Part shown: positions 27,634 through 36,534 of the stretch, one piece after another
Position numbering within the stretch: position 1 is the stretch's first letter
Layout of the letters: every line of letters starts with the position of its first letter
Virus record (IMG/VR): IMGVR_UViG_3300034196_000061
Span: 1 to 60,045 of that record
Direction: 5' to 3' (one strand)
DNA from: a virus
Taxonomy: Duplodnaviria; Caudoviricetes
Length of the DNA: 60,045 nt
Notes under the pieces: model-generated
What the model was told of the DNA's origin: nothing
Seen by the model: the letters and a program-made list of their open reading frames with translations, nothing else
Databases searched by the model: none
Program-made: the position numbers and the translations under genes

Positions 27634-29672
27634 CCCTTCAGCCGGTCTATCTCCTGCCGGGCGTTTGCAAGGTAAATTCGGCCTATGCGTCCGGGAAACA
27701 GATCGGCGCTGGCCCGGGGCGCTACGGCACCGGTCGCTATACGGACATGAGCGGGATTCGGTTTGTTGCGGGATTTCCGGAGAAGATAGGGGGATGGCAA
27801 CAGGTCGCTTATGGGCTCGGAAGTCGGACGAACTGTGCGGTTGACTATCGCGGCTCCGACTCGTCAAACAACTTAGCTATTGGCGCGACCAAGGCGGTTT
27901 TTACGTTCAACCCCGTCAACGCATTTATTTGGTATGAAGTGACTCCGTTTAGGTATCCTAAGCAATTTAGTTCCGGTGGATTAACTCTCACGATAACAGC
28001 AAACTCGTCCATTATTTCATTAACTCAGCCCGTCGGGTTGTGGGTTAGTACTGTAGGTTGGATTTATATAAGCGTCCACGACAAACAGCCTGGGGGAATT
28101 GGGTATATAAAAGGTTGGTTTAAGCTTACAAGCGGAAACCCTTTGGTTTTTGACTGTGGCGTCGTGTCAAGCCTTTCCGCAACACAAAATCTGCAAGATG
28201 CAGTATTTTATTCAGAGTGGAATCTATTAGGATCAGCACCCATAGCAACAACCTCCGGATCACCGCTTGTCGTTGTCACGTTCTCTGGCCATGGCGCGGC
28301 GGTTGGCGACGTTGTTAGTTTCTCCGGCGCAAGCGCCGTTGGAGGTTTAACGCTGAGCGGGGACTACACAATAACTGCGGTAACGAGCACAACTTTTACC
28401 GTGAACGCAGGAAGCAACGCAGGGTCTACAACATCCGGAGGCGGGACCTTCGTAATAGTAAGGTTTCGTGCGACCATACCGACCATATCTAATGCTGCGA
28501 CATCGACGGTAGTAAACACGTTCAAAGGTTGGACCATGGCGGCGTATGGTTCAATGGTCGTGTGTGCGCCATGTGGCGGGCAGATGTTCTTTCTCAATAG
28601 CGCATATGGCGGTGGGCACGGCTACCCGATCACGCTGCCAACGGACGCTTACGCCCCAAAGAGCGTTTTGGCCATTTTTGTCACTCCGGAGCGGTTCATT
28701 GTCGCTCTCGGCATCAATGGCAACTCCATGCAGATGGCATGGTGCGATCAGAGCGACCCGACGCAATGGCAGAGCCTGCCGACAAACACGGCAAACCAGG
28801 GCCGGACGTTGCAGGGCGGCGGGTTCCTTGTTGGTGGCATTCCGGTCGGGAGCGGAATTTCGCTGATCTTCTCCAATAAGTCGTGCTTCCAAATGCAATA
28901 CATCGGCGGAAACACGGTGTATTCGACTCCGATGCTGTCAGACGTGGCCGGGCTAATTGGACCCGGAGCGGTCGCGACGCTCGGGGGCGTGGCTTTTTGG
29001 ATGAGCTCCAATGATTTCTTTGCCTACACCGGGACAGTGCAGCGTCTTCCATCCGATGATATCCGAGATTATGTTTTCACCACACTTGGCGGGAACCCAG
29101 GATTCAATTACGAATATGCCTACAACGTAGCGTGCGGAAGCAACAGGGCCAAAAATGAAATTTGGTGGTTCTATCCCGACGCTTCGCACACCGAGAACAA
29201 CCGGTATGTTATCTATCATATAGACCAACAGTGCTGGTCCGTTGGGCTTATGTCCCGCACGGCATGGTGCGACAGTCACCTGTTCTCGACGCCATATGCG
29301 TTTGATGCGGGTGGGTTTGGATATATACACGAAGTTGGCGTTGACGCGGCAGGGTCCGCTCTCGATTGCTATCTAACGACTTCCCCGATTGACATTTCAA
29401 ATGGTGATGCGGGGATGGACGTGTTTGGTTTTATACCAGATATCGAGCGGCTTTCTGGAAACCTGGCTCTCACGATATATACGCAGCAATATACAGAAGA
29501 CACTCCGGCCGCAGACGGGCCTTACACACTGGCCCCCGGCTCCCCTCCGCGTCTGGATTTGCGAAGTGACGGTAAGCTGTTGAGTTTCAAGCTGCGATCA
29601 AATGCCGTTGGTGGGGATGTGCGGCTTGGACTCTGCCGCGTTGACATAAAGCCGTCAAATCAGAGGCTTTAG
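27630..29672 (+). CDS. Tail nozzle / DNA stabilisation protein (P22 gp10-like)
   Basis: IRF..GFPEKIGGW, WCDQSDPTQW.S.PTN.A, NEIWWFYP, RYVIY, LRSDGK. Confidence 0.8.
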   Translation: MTLQPVYLLPGVCKVNSAYASGKQIGAGPGRYGTGRYTDMSGIRFVAGFPEKIGGWQQVAYGLGSRTNCAVDYRGSDSSNNLAIGATKAVFTFNPVNAFIWYEVTPFRYPKQFSSGGLTLTITANSSIISLTQPVGLWVSTVGWIYISVHDKQPGGIGYIKGWFKLTSGNPLVFDCGVVSSLSATQNLQDAVFYSEWNLLGSAPIATTSGSPLVVVTFSGHGAAVGDVVSFSGASAVGGLTLSGDYTITAVTSTTFTVNAGSNAGSTTSGGGTFVIVRFRATIPTISNAATSTVVNTFKGWTMAAYGSMVVCAPCGGQMFFLNSAYGGGHGYPITLPTDAYAPKSVLAIFVTPERFIVALGINGNSMQMAWCDQSDPTQWQSLPTNTANQGRTLQGGGFLVGGIPVGSGISLIFSNKSCFQMQYIGGNTVYSTPMLSDVAGLIGPGAVATLGGVAFWMSSNDFFAYTGTVQRLPSDDIRDYVFTTLGGNPGFNYEYAYNVACGSNRAKNEIWWFYPDASHTENNRYVIYHIDQQCWSVGLMSRTAWCDSHLFSTPYAFDAGGFGYIHEVGVDAAGSALDCYLTTSPIDISNGDAGMDVFGFIPDIERLSGNLALTIYTQQYTEDTPAADGPYTLAPGSPPRLDLRSDGKLLSFKLRSNAVGGDVRLGLCRVDIKPSNQRL

Positions 29673-29673
29673 A

Positions 29674-30957
29674 ATGTCAGATACGTTCACGACCTCACTC
29701 CGCTTTACGATGTCGTCCGACAGCGCGACGGCAATTATCATATCTGATCCTCCAAATATAAATTCCCCGCTCTATTTTACCGGTGCATCCGAATTCGATA
29801 AGGCGATGAACTTATGGGCTCAGCAAATCAAGGGGCAGATTTTCGTACAAAGCAACGTCGGAAACTCTGAGTTTGCAAAATCTATAAACTCAGATTTCAA
29901 ACTTATCGAACAGTCCATTTCAGGTTTTGCGTCTATCCCCGTTGACGGGCTGTCAAGCTACACGCTGACAGCGAACAATGGCACAGAAGACGAGGCGCGT
30001 TGCGCGGTATACCAGTTTACCGGGGCCTTGACGGCGGATTGCACCGTCGATTTGCCCGCGGTTCCCAAGATAGCTTGGGCCACTAACGCATCTTCTGCAA
30101 ATTACAAAATAATTCTTAGAAATGAAAACAGCGCAGGAAGGACATCAGAACTACCGCACTATCAATATTATCCTCAGATGTACACTCTCGTTGTGTCTGA
30201 TGGAGTTAATATTGACCAGCCAGTTATTTACTCAGATCAAGGGTTTGTATCTCGAAACGTCACAGGTGGATATGGATTTTTTGATTCAACATTTACTTAT
30301 AGAAGCACAGTTTTTGTAGACGCAAGCTACAACACTATTCTTTCAAATGTTGGATCAACAGGAACAAGGTTTTATATAACCAACCGAGCCAAAACAATAT
30401 ACTACTCTCTTGACGACAACGGAATCACAACCCTCGCCGGGTCAGATCAGGCGCCGATTAACAACAAAGTCGGCGGCATTCGTATTCTGGCGAACGGCGC
30501 AATAGATCAGTATACAACGTCAACCGTGAACGGCGTCCACAACATGGGTGTTCCGACAGGTGGGAGCTCCTTCTGCGGGTTTTTTTACAACGGCGCAAAT
30601 CCTGTCGGGTCAATCACGACAAATGGCACGACGACATCCTTCAACACGACTTCCGACTATCGGCTGAAGGAAACATTTGGCCCATACCCTTCGTCCGATG
30701 ACTTCGACAAAATAAAAGTCTACGATGGCCGTTGGTTAAATCTATTCGGCGGAGATACCGTTCATTCGCTACAGCCGCTTATCTTGGCGCATGAACTTGC
30801 GGAAGTATTTCCGTTTGCTGTCTCTGGTGAAAAAGATGCAGTAACAGACGAAGGGACTATCAAGCCACAACAGGTGGATTTTTTGTCTCTGATACCGGCG
30901 TTGATTTCTGAAATTCAGTCTCTCCGTTCTAGGCTTGCGAGGCTTGAAGCTAAGTAA
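29674..30957 (+). CDS. Tail fibre/spike with C-terminal peptidase S74-type chaperone
   Basis: TSDYRLKE cleavage motif, LAHELAEVFP.AV.GEKDA, LIPALISEIQ.L..RL. Confidence 0.85.
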   Translation: MSDTFTTSLRFTMSSDSATAIIISDPPNINSPLYFTGASEFDKAMNLWAQQIKGQIFVQSNVGNSEFAKSINSDFKLIEQSISGFASIPVDGLSSYTLTANNGTEDEARCAVYQFTGALTADCTVDLPAVPKIAWATNASSANYKIILRNENSAGRTSELPHYQYYPQMYTLVVSDGVNIDQPVIYSDQGFVSRNVTGGYGFFDSTFTYRSTVFVDASYNTILSNVGSTGTRFYITNRAKTIYYSLDDNGITTLAGSDQAPINNKVGGIRILANGAIDQYTTSTVNGVHNMGVPTGGSSFCGFFYNGANPVGSITTNGTTTSFNTTSDYRLKETFGPYPSSDDFDKIKVYDGRWLNLFGGDTVHSLQPLILAHELAEVFPFAVSGEKDAVTDEGTIKPQQVDFLSLIPALISEIQSLRSRLARLEAK

Positions 30958-31017
30958 CGCGGTTTGCCGTCTCCGCGGTTATCCTGCTAGATTGGCACAA
31001 TTAGTAGGGGAACACCA

Positions 31018-32253
31018 ATGAGCGGGACACTACAGGCGCCGCAGCCGGGCCAGCAGCTACCCCCGGAGGTTTTGGCCGCTCTGCTACAGGGCCGCGGTGG
31101 CTTTGGTGGTCAGGCCCCGCCGGGCGGCGGCCCGGCACCGGGCGGTGCACCACCCCAGGGCGGAGCTCCCGGCGGCAGGCCCCCGATTCCCCTTGGCCCC
31201 CCTCCGGGCGGACCTTCGCCGGGTGGCCCCTCTGGAATGCCGCCGGGCGGCCCGGCCCAAGGCGCTCCCCCAGGCGCTGGCGGCCCGCCACCGATGCCGG
31301 GTCCGGCGCCAGGACCCCCGCCCGGGGCAGGGCAAATCCCCGCAAACTTGGCCATGTTCGCCCGCGGCACCGTGCCCGTGCCAGGGGCGGCGCAGGGCGG
31401 GCAGATGTTCAATCCCGCCGAAATCGCAGCGATGGGCCGCAACGGGGATTCGATCGTCGCCCACCTGACGCCCGGGGAAATCACGATCCCGCCGCAGCTT
31501 CAGAACCCACGCTTGTTGGCCGAGCTCTCGCGCCACTTTCAACGGCATGGCGTTGACCTTGCACAGTTCACCGCGGGCTCTCCGGCGTCGTCGCCAAACC
31601 CCGAGACAGGGGCTCCGCAATACAACTTCATGTCCGCTCTCCTGCCGACGTTGCTTGGGATCGGCGGCGGCGTGATCGGGTCCGCGATCGGCGGCCCGAT
31701 GGGCGGCATGGCGGGCGCAAGCCTGGGATCGGGCGGCGGCACCGCGTTGACTGGTGGCAACGCCCAGCAGTCCCTTTTGTCCGGCCTTGGCAGCGGGCTT
31801 GGGTACGGCGTCGGCACCGGCTCTTTGGGCGATATCCTCGGCGGAGGCGCCGCAACCGGCGTTGCCCAAGCGAGCCCCGGGGTGTCGGCCGGCATGGCGA
31901 ACGCGCTCGGGCCGCAATCTCTCGGCTCCGCTGCGGCCAATGCCGCGCCAGCAACCGCCAGCGCGGGCGGGCTGGCGTCCGATTCACTTGGAAGTCAGTT
32001 GTCCAACGCTTGGAACACCAAGGGCGCGCTCGGGACAGCGTTCGGCGCAAACCTGGGTTACGCCCTCGCTGCGCCGACTGAAGCAAAGGCCGATACGAGC
32101 GCGATGACCGGGCACATGCCCGCAGTCAACAGCACCGGAGGATACAACGCCCGCCTCGGGAATTTCGGCACGTCAACAACCCCGACGTTCAACGGCTACG
32201 ACCCGCAGGCTGCGATGCAAGGTGGCGGCTATCGGTTTTTCAAGACAGCCTGA
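31018..32253 (+). CDS. Internal virion / DNA ejection protein
   Basis: GRNGDSIVAHLTPGE...NPETGAPQY followed by Gly-rich membrane-like segment. Confidence 0.75.
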   Translation: MSGTLQAPQPGQQLPPEVLAALLQGRGGFGGQAPPGGGPAPGGAPPQGGAPGGRPPIPLGPPPGGPSPGGPSGMPPGGPAQGAPPGAGGPPPMPGPAPGPPPGAGQIPANLAMFARGTVPVPGAAQGGQMFNPAEIAAMGRNGDSIVAHLTPGEITIPPQLQNPRLLAELSRHFQRHGVDLAQFTAGSPASSPNPETGAPQYNFMSALLPTLLGIGGGVIGSAIGGPMGGMAGASLGSGGGTALTGGNAQQSLLSGLGSGLGYGVGTGSLGDILGGGAATGVAQASPGVSAGMANALGPQSLGSAAANAAPATASAGGLASDSLGSQLSNAWNTKGALGTAFGANLGYALAAPTEAKADTSAMTGHMPAVNSTGGYNARLGNFGTSTTPTFNGYDPQAAMQGGGYRFFKTA

Positions 32254-32262
32254 AGATTTTCC

Positions 32263-32718
32263 ATGAACGATATGCAGGTTGGCCAAGCGATCATCATGCG
32301 GCTGGCGACGGAGAACATCCCGGCGCTGTGGCCGCAACTTGAGCCGCTGATTGTGCGCTCTCTGTTCGATACCCCGACCACGACAGCGGAAGACGTGTTC
32401 CGGATGCTCATGGCATACCGGGCCGATGCCTGGGTGCAGATTCAGCCCGAAACCACCACCGTACAGGCTCTGTCGATTACCGATTACGAAAGCACTCCGC
32501 AGGGTGTTTGGCTGAGAGTTTGGCTGTGCGCTGTTGCTGATGGATACCGACTGAAAACCCAGGAGTTTCGCAGCGCAATCGAACGCTGGAAAACAAGGCA
32601 GCGCTGCCGCGGGCTTTCGCTTGTTGGCCGGCATGGTTGGGTAAAGCTGTTCCCCGACGCAAAAGTTGAGGGGGTGATGATGCGAACCACCGATGCCTAC
32701 GTGGAGGATTCGCCATGA
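32263..32718 (+). CDS. GNAT-fold virion assembly protein (T7 gp13 / P22 gp14-like position)
   Basis: LWPQLEPLI...ERW...CRGLSLVGRHGW.KL. Confidence 0.6.
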   Translation: MNDMQVGQAIIMRLATENIPALWPQLEPLIVRSLFDTPTTTAEDVFRMLMAYRADAWVQIQPETTTVQALSITDYESTPQGVWLRVWLCAVADGYRLKTQEFRSAIERWKTRQRCRGLSLVGRHGWVKLFPDAKVEGVMMRTTDAYVEDSP

Positions 32719-34106
32719 GTAGCGGCGGCGGAGGGAGTAGCAGTCAGACATCAACTGTAACCCAAACCATACCTCAGTTCGAACAGGACTTCGCGCAAGC
32801 GAACCAAAATCTTGCGAACGATCTCGGCTCAACACCGTATCCGGTGTACCAGGGGCAGCTTCAGGCGCCTTTGACATCATTGCAGCAACAGGCTCTGAAA
32901 ACCGTAGGAGACGCCGCCAACAGCTACCGGCCTGATTTGCAAAAAGCAAACAACACGCTGGACAATTCCTCGTATCTTTTGCGCCAGTTCGATAATTTGT
33001 CGGGGCAGACAAGCGCGAACGCAAGCAATGACCCGGTAGCGATGGGGCAGGCTTACATGCCGAGCCTTATGGGCGGCGCGCAAAACTCTATCACCATGGG
33101 ATCAAATTACGCTCCGGGGCTCATGTCGGCCGCAAGCCAAGCCGGCAACAACACCGCTTCGCTCGGCGACGCAGGAGCGTTGGAACAAACCGGCGCGGCT
33201 CTTGGAACGCGCGGCGCCCAAAACATCGCACTCGACCCGAGCGATACGGCGACGGTCCAACGGTTTATGAATCCGTACGTGCAAGCGGCTCTCGATCCGC
33301 AGATACAGCAACTCAATTTGCAGTACGGAAAGCAGGCGCAGGATTTGGCGTCGCAAGCGACCTCGGCCGGCGCCTTCGGCGACGCTCGGCTTGGTGTTAG
33401 TCAGAGCCTCAACAACTATTACAACAACCTCGCGACCTCCGGAGTTGAAGCGCAGGGCTACAACACCGCGTACAACAACGCGATGAGCACGATTGGAAAT
33501 CAGCAGCAGCTTGGCCTCGGGGAAATGAACGGTGCCAGTTCCGCATTCAATCAAGCGGGAACACTTCGCCAGGGGCAACAGGGGTTGCAGCTTCAGGGCG
33601 CACAGATCGGCAACCAAATCCTCACCGGACAACAGGCAAATCAGTTGTCAGCTACAGGATTGCAGAACACCATCTTGACCGGTCAGCAGCAAGCCGGATT
33701 CAACCAAATGGCCGCGGCGCAGGCGGCGCAAAAGAACCTGATGGAAGAACAGGCCGCGCAACTCGCGCGCTCGCAGCAGTACCAATCTCTCGGAACGTCG
33801 GCGCAAACCCTCGGGTTGAATGCGTCGAATGCCAAGTGGGCGGCCGGGCAGGCGGAACAGCAGCAGCAGCAGACGGCCGATAACCTCGCTTATCAGCAAT
33901 ATATGAACCAAGTGAACTGGCCATATCAGCAACTCAACGTGCGCGAGTCTGCGCTCAGCAACAGCCCATACACGATGCAGAACGCCGTCACCCTGCCTGG
34001 GACCTCCAATTCTGCGACGAACCTTGGCGCGTTCGCCAGCCTGTTGGGGCTGTCGGGCGCGAGCTCCGGATGGGGCAGCAGCACCGTTCCGCAAGCGATA
34101 AAGTGA
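32715..34106 (+). CDS. DNA ejection protein
   Basis: MSSGGGGSSSQTST..IP, FMNPYVQ, AGAFGDAR, YQQY....NWPYQQL. Confidence 0.75.
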   Translation: MSSGGGGSSSQTSTVTQTIPQFEQDFAQANQNLANDLGSTPYPVYQGQLQAPLTSLQQQALKTVGDAANSYRPDLQKANNTLDNSSYLLRQFDNLSGQTSANASNDPVAMGQAYMPSLMGGAQNSITMGSNYAPGLMSAASQAGNNTASLGDAGALEQTGAALGTRGAQNIALDPSDTATVQRFMNPYVQAALDPQIQQLNLQYGKQAQDLASQATSAGAFGDARLGVSQSLNNYYNNLATSGVEAQGYNTAYNNAMSTIGNQQQLGLGEMNGASSAFNQAGTLRQGQQGLQLQGAQIGNQILTGQQANQLSATGLQNTILTGQQQAGFNQMAAAQAAQKNLMEEQAAQLARSQQYQSLGTSAQTLGLNASNAKWAAGQAEQQQQQTADNLAYQQYMNQVNWPYQQLNVRESALSNSPYTMQNAVTLPGTSNSATNLGAFASLLGLSGASSGWGSSTVPQAIK

Positions 34107-34110
34107 TGCC

Positions 34111-36534
34111 ATGACACAAGACCCGCTCGACATCTCCCGCACGGATCGCCCCGGAAACGAAGCGACTCTACTCGGCGCCAGTCCGGACTTTTGGCACAAC
34201 CTCGCGAATTTCGGGTTGTCAACGATCGTCGCCGCGAACGCGCGGAATCCGAACGGGTTTCTGACTTATGGCCAAGGCTCTGCCGGACCTGTTGCGGCCG
34301 GGCTCCTGGCAGCGCAGCAGCAGAACATGGGAGAGGCGGAGGGCCGCAGCACGCAAGCGGGGCGCGATATCGAGACGCGCACCAAAACCTTGATGCTGCC
34401 GTACCAGCTTCAGCTTGCGGGCCTGAATGCCGACATCAACAAGGCGCTTCTCAAAGAGGTAAACAGCCCCGACGGTACAGAATCTCCCGCAGCGCCATCA
34501 GAGCCGAGTGGAGGGTTTGGCCAGACCGGCAGGCTGGCGCCCACGGCGCCAGCGACGCCAGGGCAGGGACCTCCCGCCTCCCGGTCGGACTCAGCCGGCG
34601 GCACGCTGCCGACAGGGACGCCGCCGGCCGGAGGGCGGACCTTCGCTGCGGGGATCGCGGGTTCCGAATCCGGCGGCGAGCGCAACCCCGACACTGCGAC
34701 CAATTCGCTTTGGCCAGCAGAGCGCGGCGGGCCGCTCGGACGGCACCAGTTTGCCGCCAGGACCTGGGACGATTTCGTGCGCGACAACCCGACGTATTTC
34801 GCGGGGATGACGCCGCAGCAAGCCCAGGCGGCACGAGCCGACCCCGCCCTGTCGGAACGGGCTACCAACTGGTACGCAACACAGAACGCGCCGATTTTGG
34901 CCCGCGCCGGAATGCCGGTGACGAACCAGACGCTGGCGCTGGCCCACACCCTCGGGCCGGCGGACGCGGTTGCGGCTCTACAGGCCCCGCCAACGATGAA
35001 CCTGATCGACGCGCTGGCCGTCCGCAATCCGGGCCACGCCGCCGCGGTCGCCGCCGCCAACCCGACGTACCGCAACATGACGGTGGGGCAGTTTGCCCAG
35101 CGCTACGCCGCATTCAACGGTTTGGCACCGGTTGCCGGCATCGCCTACACGCCGCAGGGACCCGGCGCAACGGCAGGGGGACCGCCCCCAAGCGCGGTCG
35201 CCGGCCCGGGAGCGCCCGCGCCCCCAGGCCCGCAGCTTGCCGCTACCGCTCCGCCCGGCGGCGGTCCCACGGCGCCGGGCGGATCACCAGCACCGGCAGC
35301 ACCGGCAGCACCGGCAGGATCACCAGCACCGGCAGCACCGGCAGCACCGGCAGGATCACCAGCACCGGCAGCGCCGGCAGGAGCACCAGCACCAGCGGCG
35401 GCGCCAGCGGTGGCGCCAGCACCCGGGCAACCGACCGGCAATGCGGCGTACGTTGCCGAGATTCAGCAGCAGATTGCCGCGGCCACGGCCCGCGCCCGAA
35501 AGAACAACCTCATGGCGACGCTGTTGCAGGGCTCCGGCCGCGACGGCTCTTCGTTCGCTACCCAAGCCGCCAAAGACGCCGAGTTGGCCAACGCTCTTCG
35601 GGAAAAGCTTTACTCACAGACTCCGGTTCGTGAGGGCCAACAGGTATTCTCCGGAAAGGGGCATGTGCTTTCGTCAACTCCGTCCCGTGTGACTTCGATA
35701 AATCGGCAAACCAATGAACCGGGAACCGAGCTTCGCAACCCTGACGGAAGTTTGGTTCCGAACAGCTTTGTTCCGGCAGGGCTCCCGAAGGCGTACGAGG
35801 TTCTTGCAGACAACGCCTCAAAGAAATACGAGGAAATGTCCAAGAGCTTCAATCTCGGAATGGGGGGATTGCAGAGCCTTGAAGGGATGGAGATCGGCCT
35901 TCGGTCGCTCAGTGCGGATAATGGTTTCCTCGCCCCCGGCGCATTCGACTCCGCTCGCGGGGCGATTGCTAATTCGTTGAACACCGTTTTTCGTCAGTTC
36001 GGTTTTAATGAGCTATTTGACCCGTCAAAAGTAGCGACGTGGCAAGACTTGCAGAAAGAGACTAGTCGGTTGGGTTTCCAGTTCGTCAGCAGCTTTTTGG
36101 GCCAACAGCGCGAGGCGGCACAGACGATCGAACGCGGGATTTCAGCCGTTCCCGGAACGCACAACACGCCCGAAGGCGCAATCTTGGTCATCAACGGAGT
36201 CCGCGAAACCATCAAGCGCGGACTTGATGAATACGCTTACATGACAAAGTGGATTCAGGACCCGTCGCACAAGGGAAACTTTGTCGGCGCAGATGTTGCG
36301 TTCGCTGCGGCCCGCCCTCCGGAAGCGTATGCCGACCGGGCAATCAGTCAGGTCCACCCTTTCACCGTCAAGCCGGATACCGACCTGTCGCGCTATCTGC
36401 CGGGGACTTTGGTAACGCCTCTGGACGCGGAGGGGAGGCCGATGTTGAACCCGAACACGGGCAAGCCGGTTGTCAGGGCTGTTTCCGGCGAAGTCGATAT
36501 GTGGCGCAGCAACCGCGCTCCGGTGGGGCGATAG
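34111..36534 (+). CDS. Ejection protein with lysozyme / lytic transglycosylase-like domain
   Basis: GSESGG...GRHQF..RTW...ALAHTLGP. Confidence 0.75.
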   Translation: MTQDPLDISRTDRPGNEATLLGASPDFWHNLANFGLSTIVAANARNPNGFLTYGQGSAGPVAAGLLAAQQQNMGEAEGRSTQAGRDIETRTKTLMLPYQLQLAGLNADINKALLKEVNSPDGTESPAAPSEPSGGFGQTGRLAPTAPATPGQGPPASRSDSAGGTLPTGTPPAGGRTFAAGIAGSESGGERNPDTATNSLWPAERGGPLGRHQFAARTWDDFVRDNPTYFAGMTPQQAQAARADPALSERATNWYATQNAPILARAGMPVTNQTLALAHTLGPADAVAALQAPPTMNLIDALAVRNPGHAAAVAAANPTYRNMTVGQFAQRYAAFNGLAPVAGIAYTPQGPGATAGGPPPSAVAGPGAPAPPGPQLAATAPPGGGPTAPGGSPAPAAPAAPAGSPAPAAPAAPAGSPAPAAPAGAPAPAAAPAVAPAPGQPTGNAAYVAEIQQQIAAATARARKNNLMATLLQGSGRDGSSFATQAAKDAELANALREKLYSQTPVREGQQVFSGKGHVLSSTPSRVTSINRQTNEPGTELRNPDGSLVPNSFVPAGLPKAYEVLADNASKKYEEMSKSFNLGMGGLQSLEGMEIGLRSLSADNGFLAPGAFDSARGAIANSLNTVFRQFGFNELFDPSKVATWQDLQKETSRLGFQFVSSFLGQQREAAQTIERGISAVPGTHNTPEGAILVINGVRETIKRGLDEYAYMTKWIQDPSHKGNFVGADVAFAAARPPEAYADRAISQVHPFTVKPDTDLSRYLPGTLVTPLDAEGRPMLNPNTGKPVVRAVSGEVDMWRSNRAPVGR
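35281..35400 (+). repeat. 36-bp tandem repeat (GSPAPAAPAAPA) made of 9-bp units
   Basis: GGATCACCAGCACCGGCAGCACCGGCAGCACCGGCA twice plus a degenerate third copy. Confidence 0.85.

Noticed and set aside
34191-35633. 480-aa alternative-frame ORF
   Set aside because: Shadow of the ejection protein 34111..36534 in GC-rich DNA; Arg-rich with no motif.
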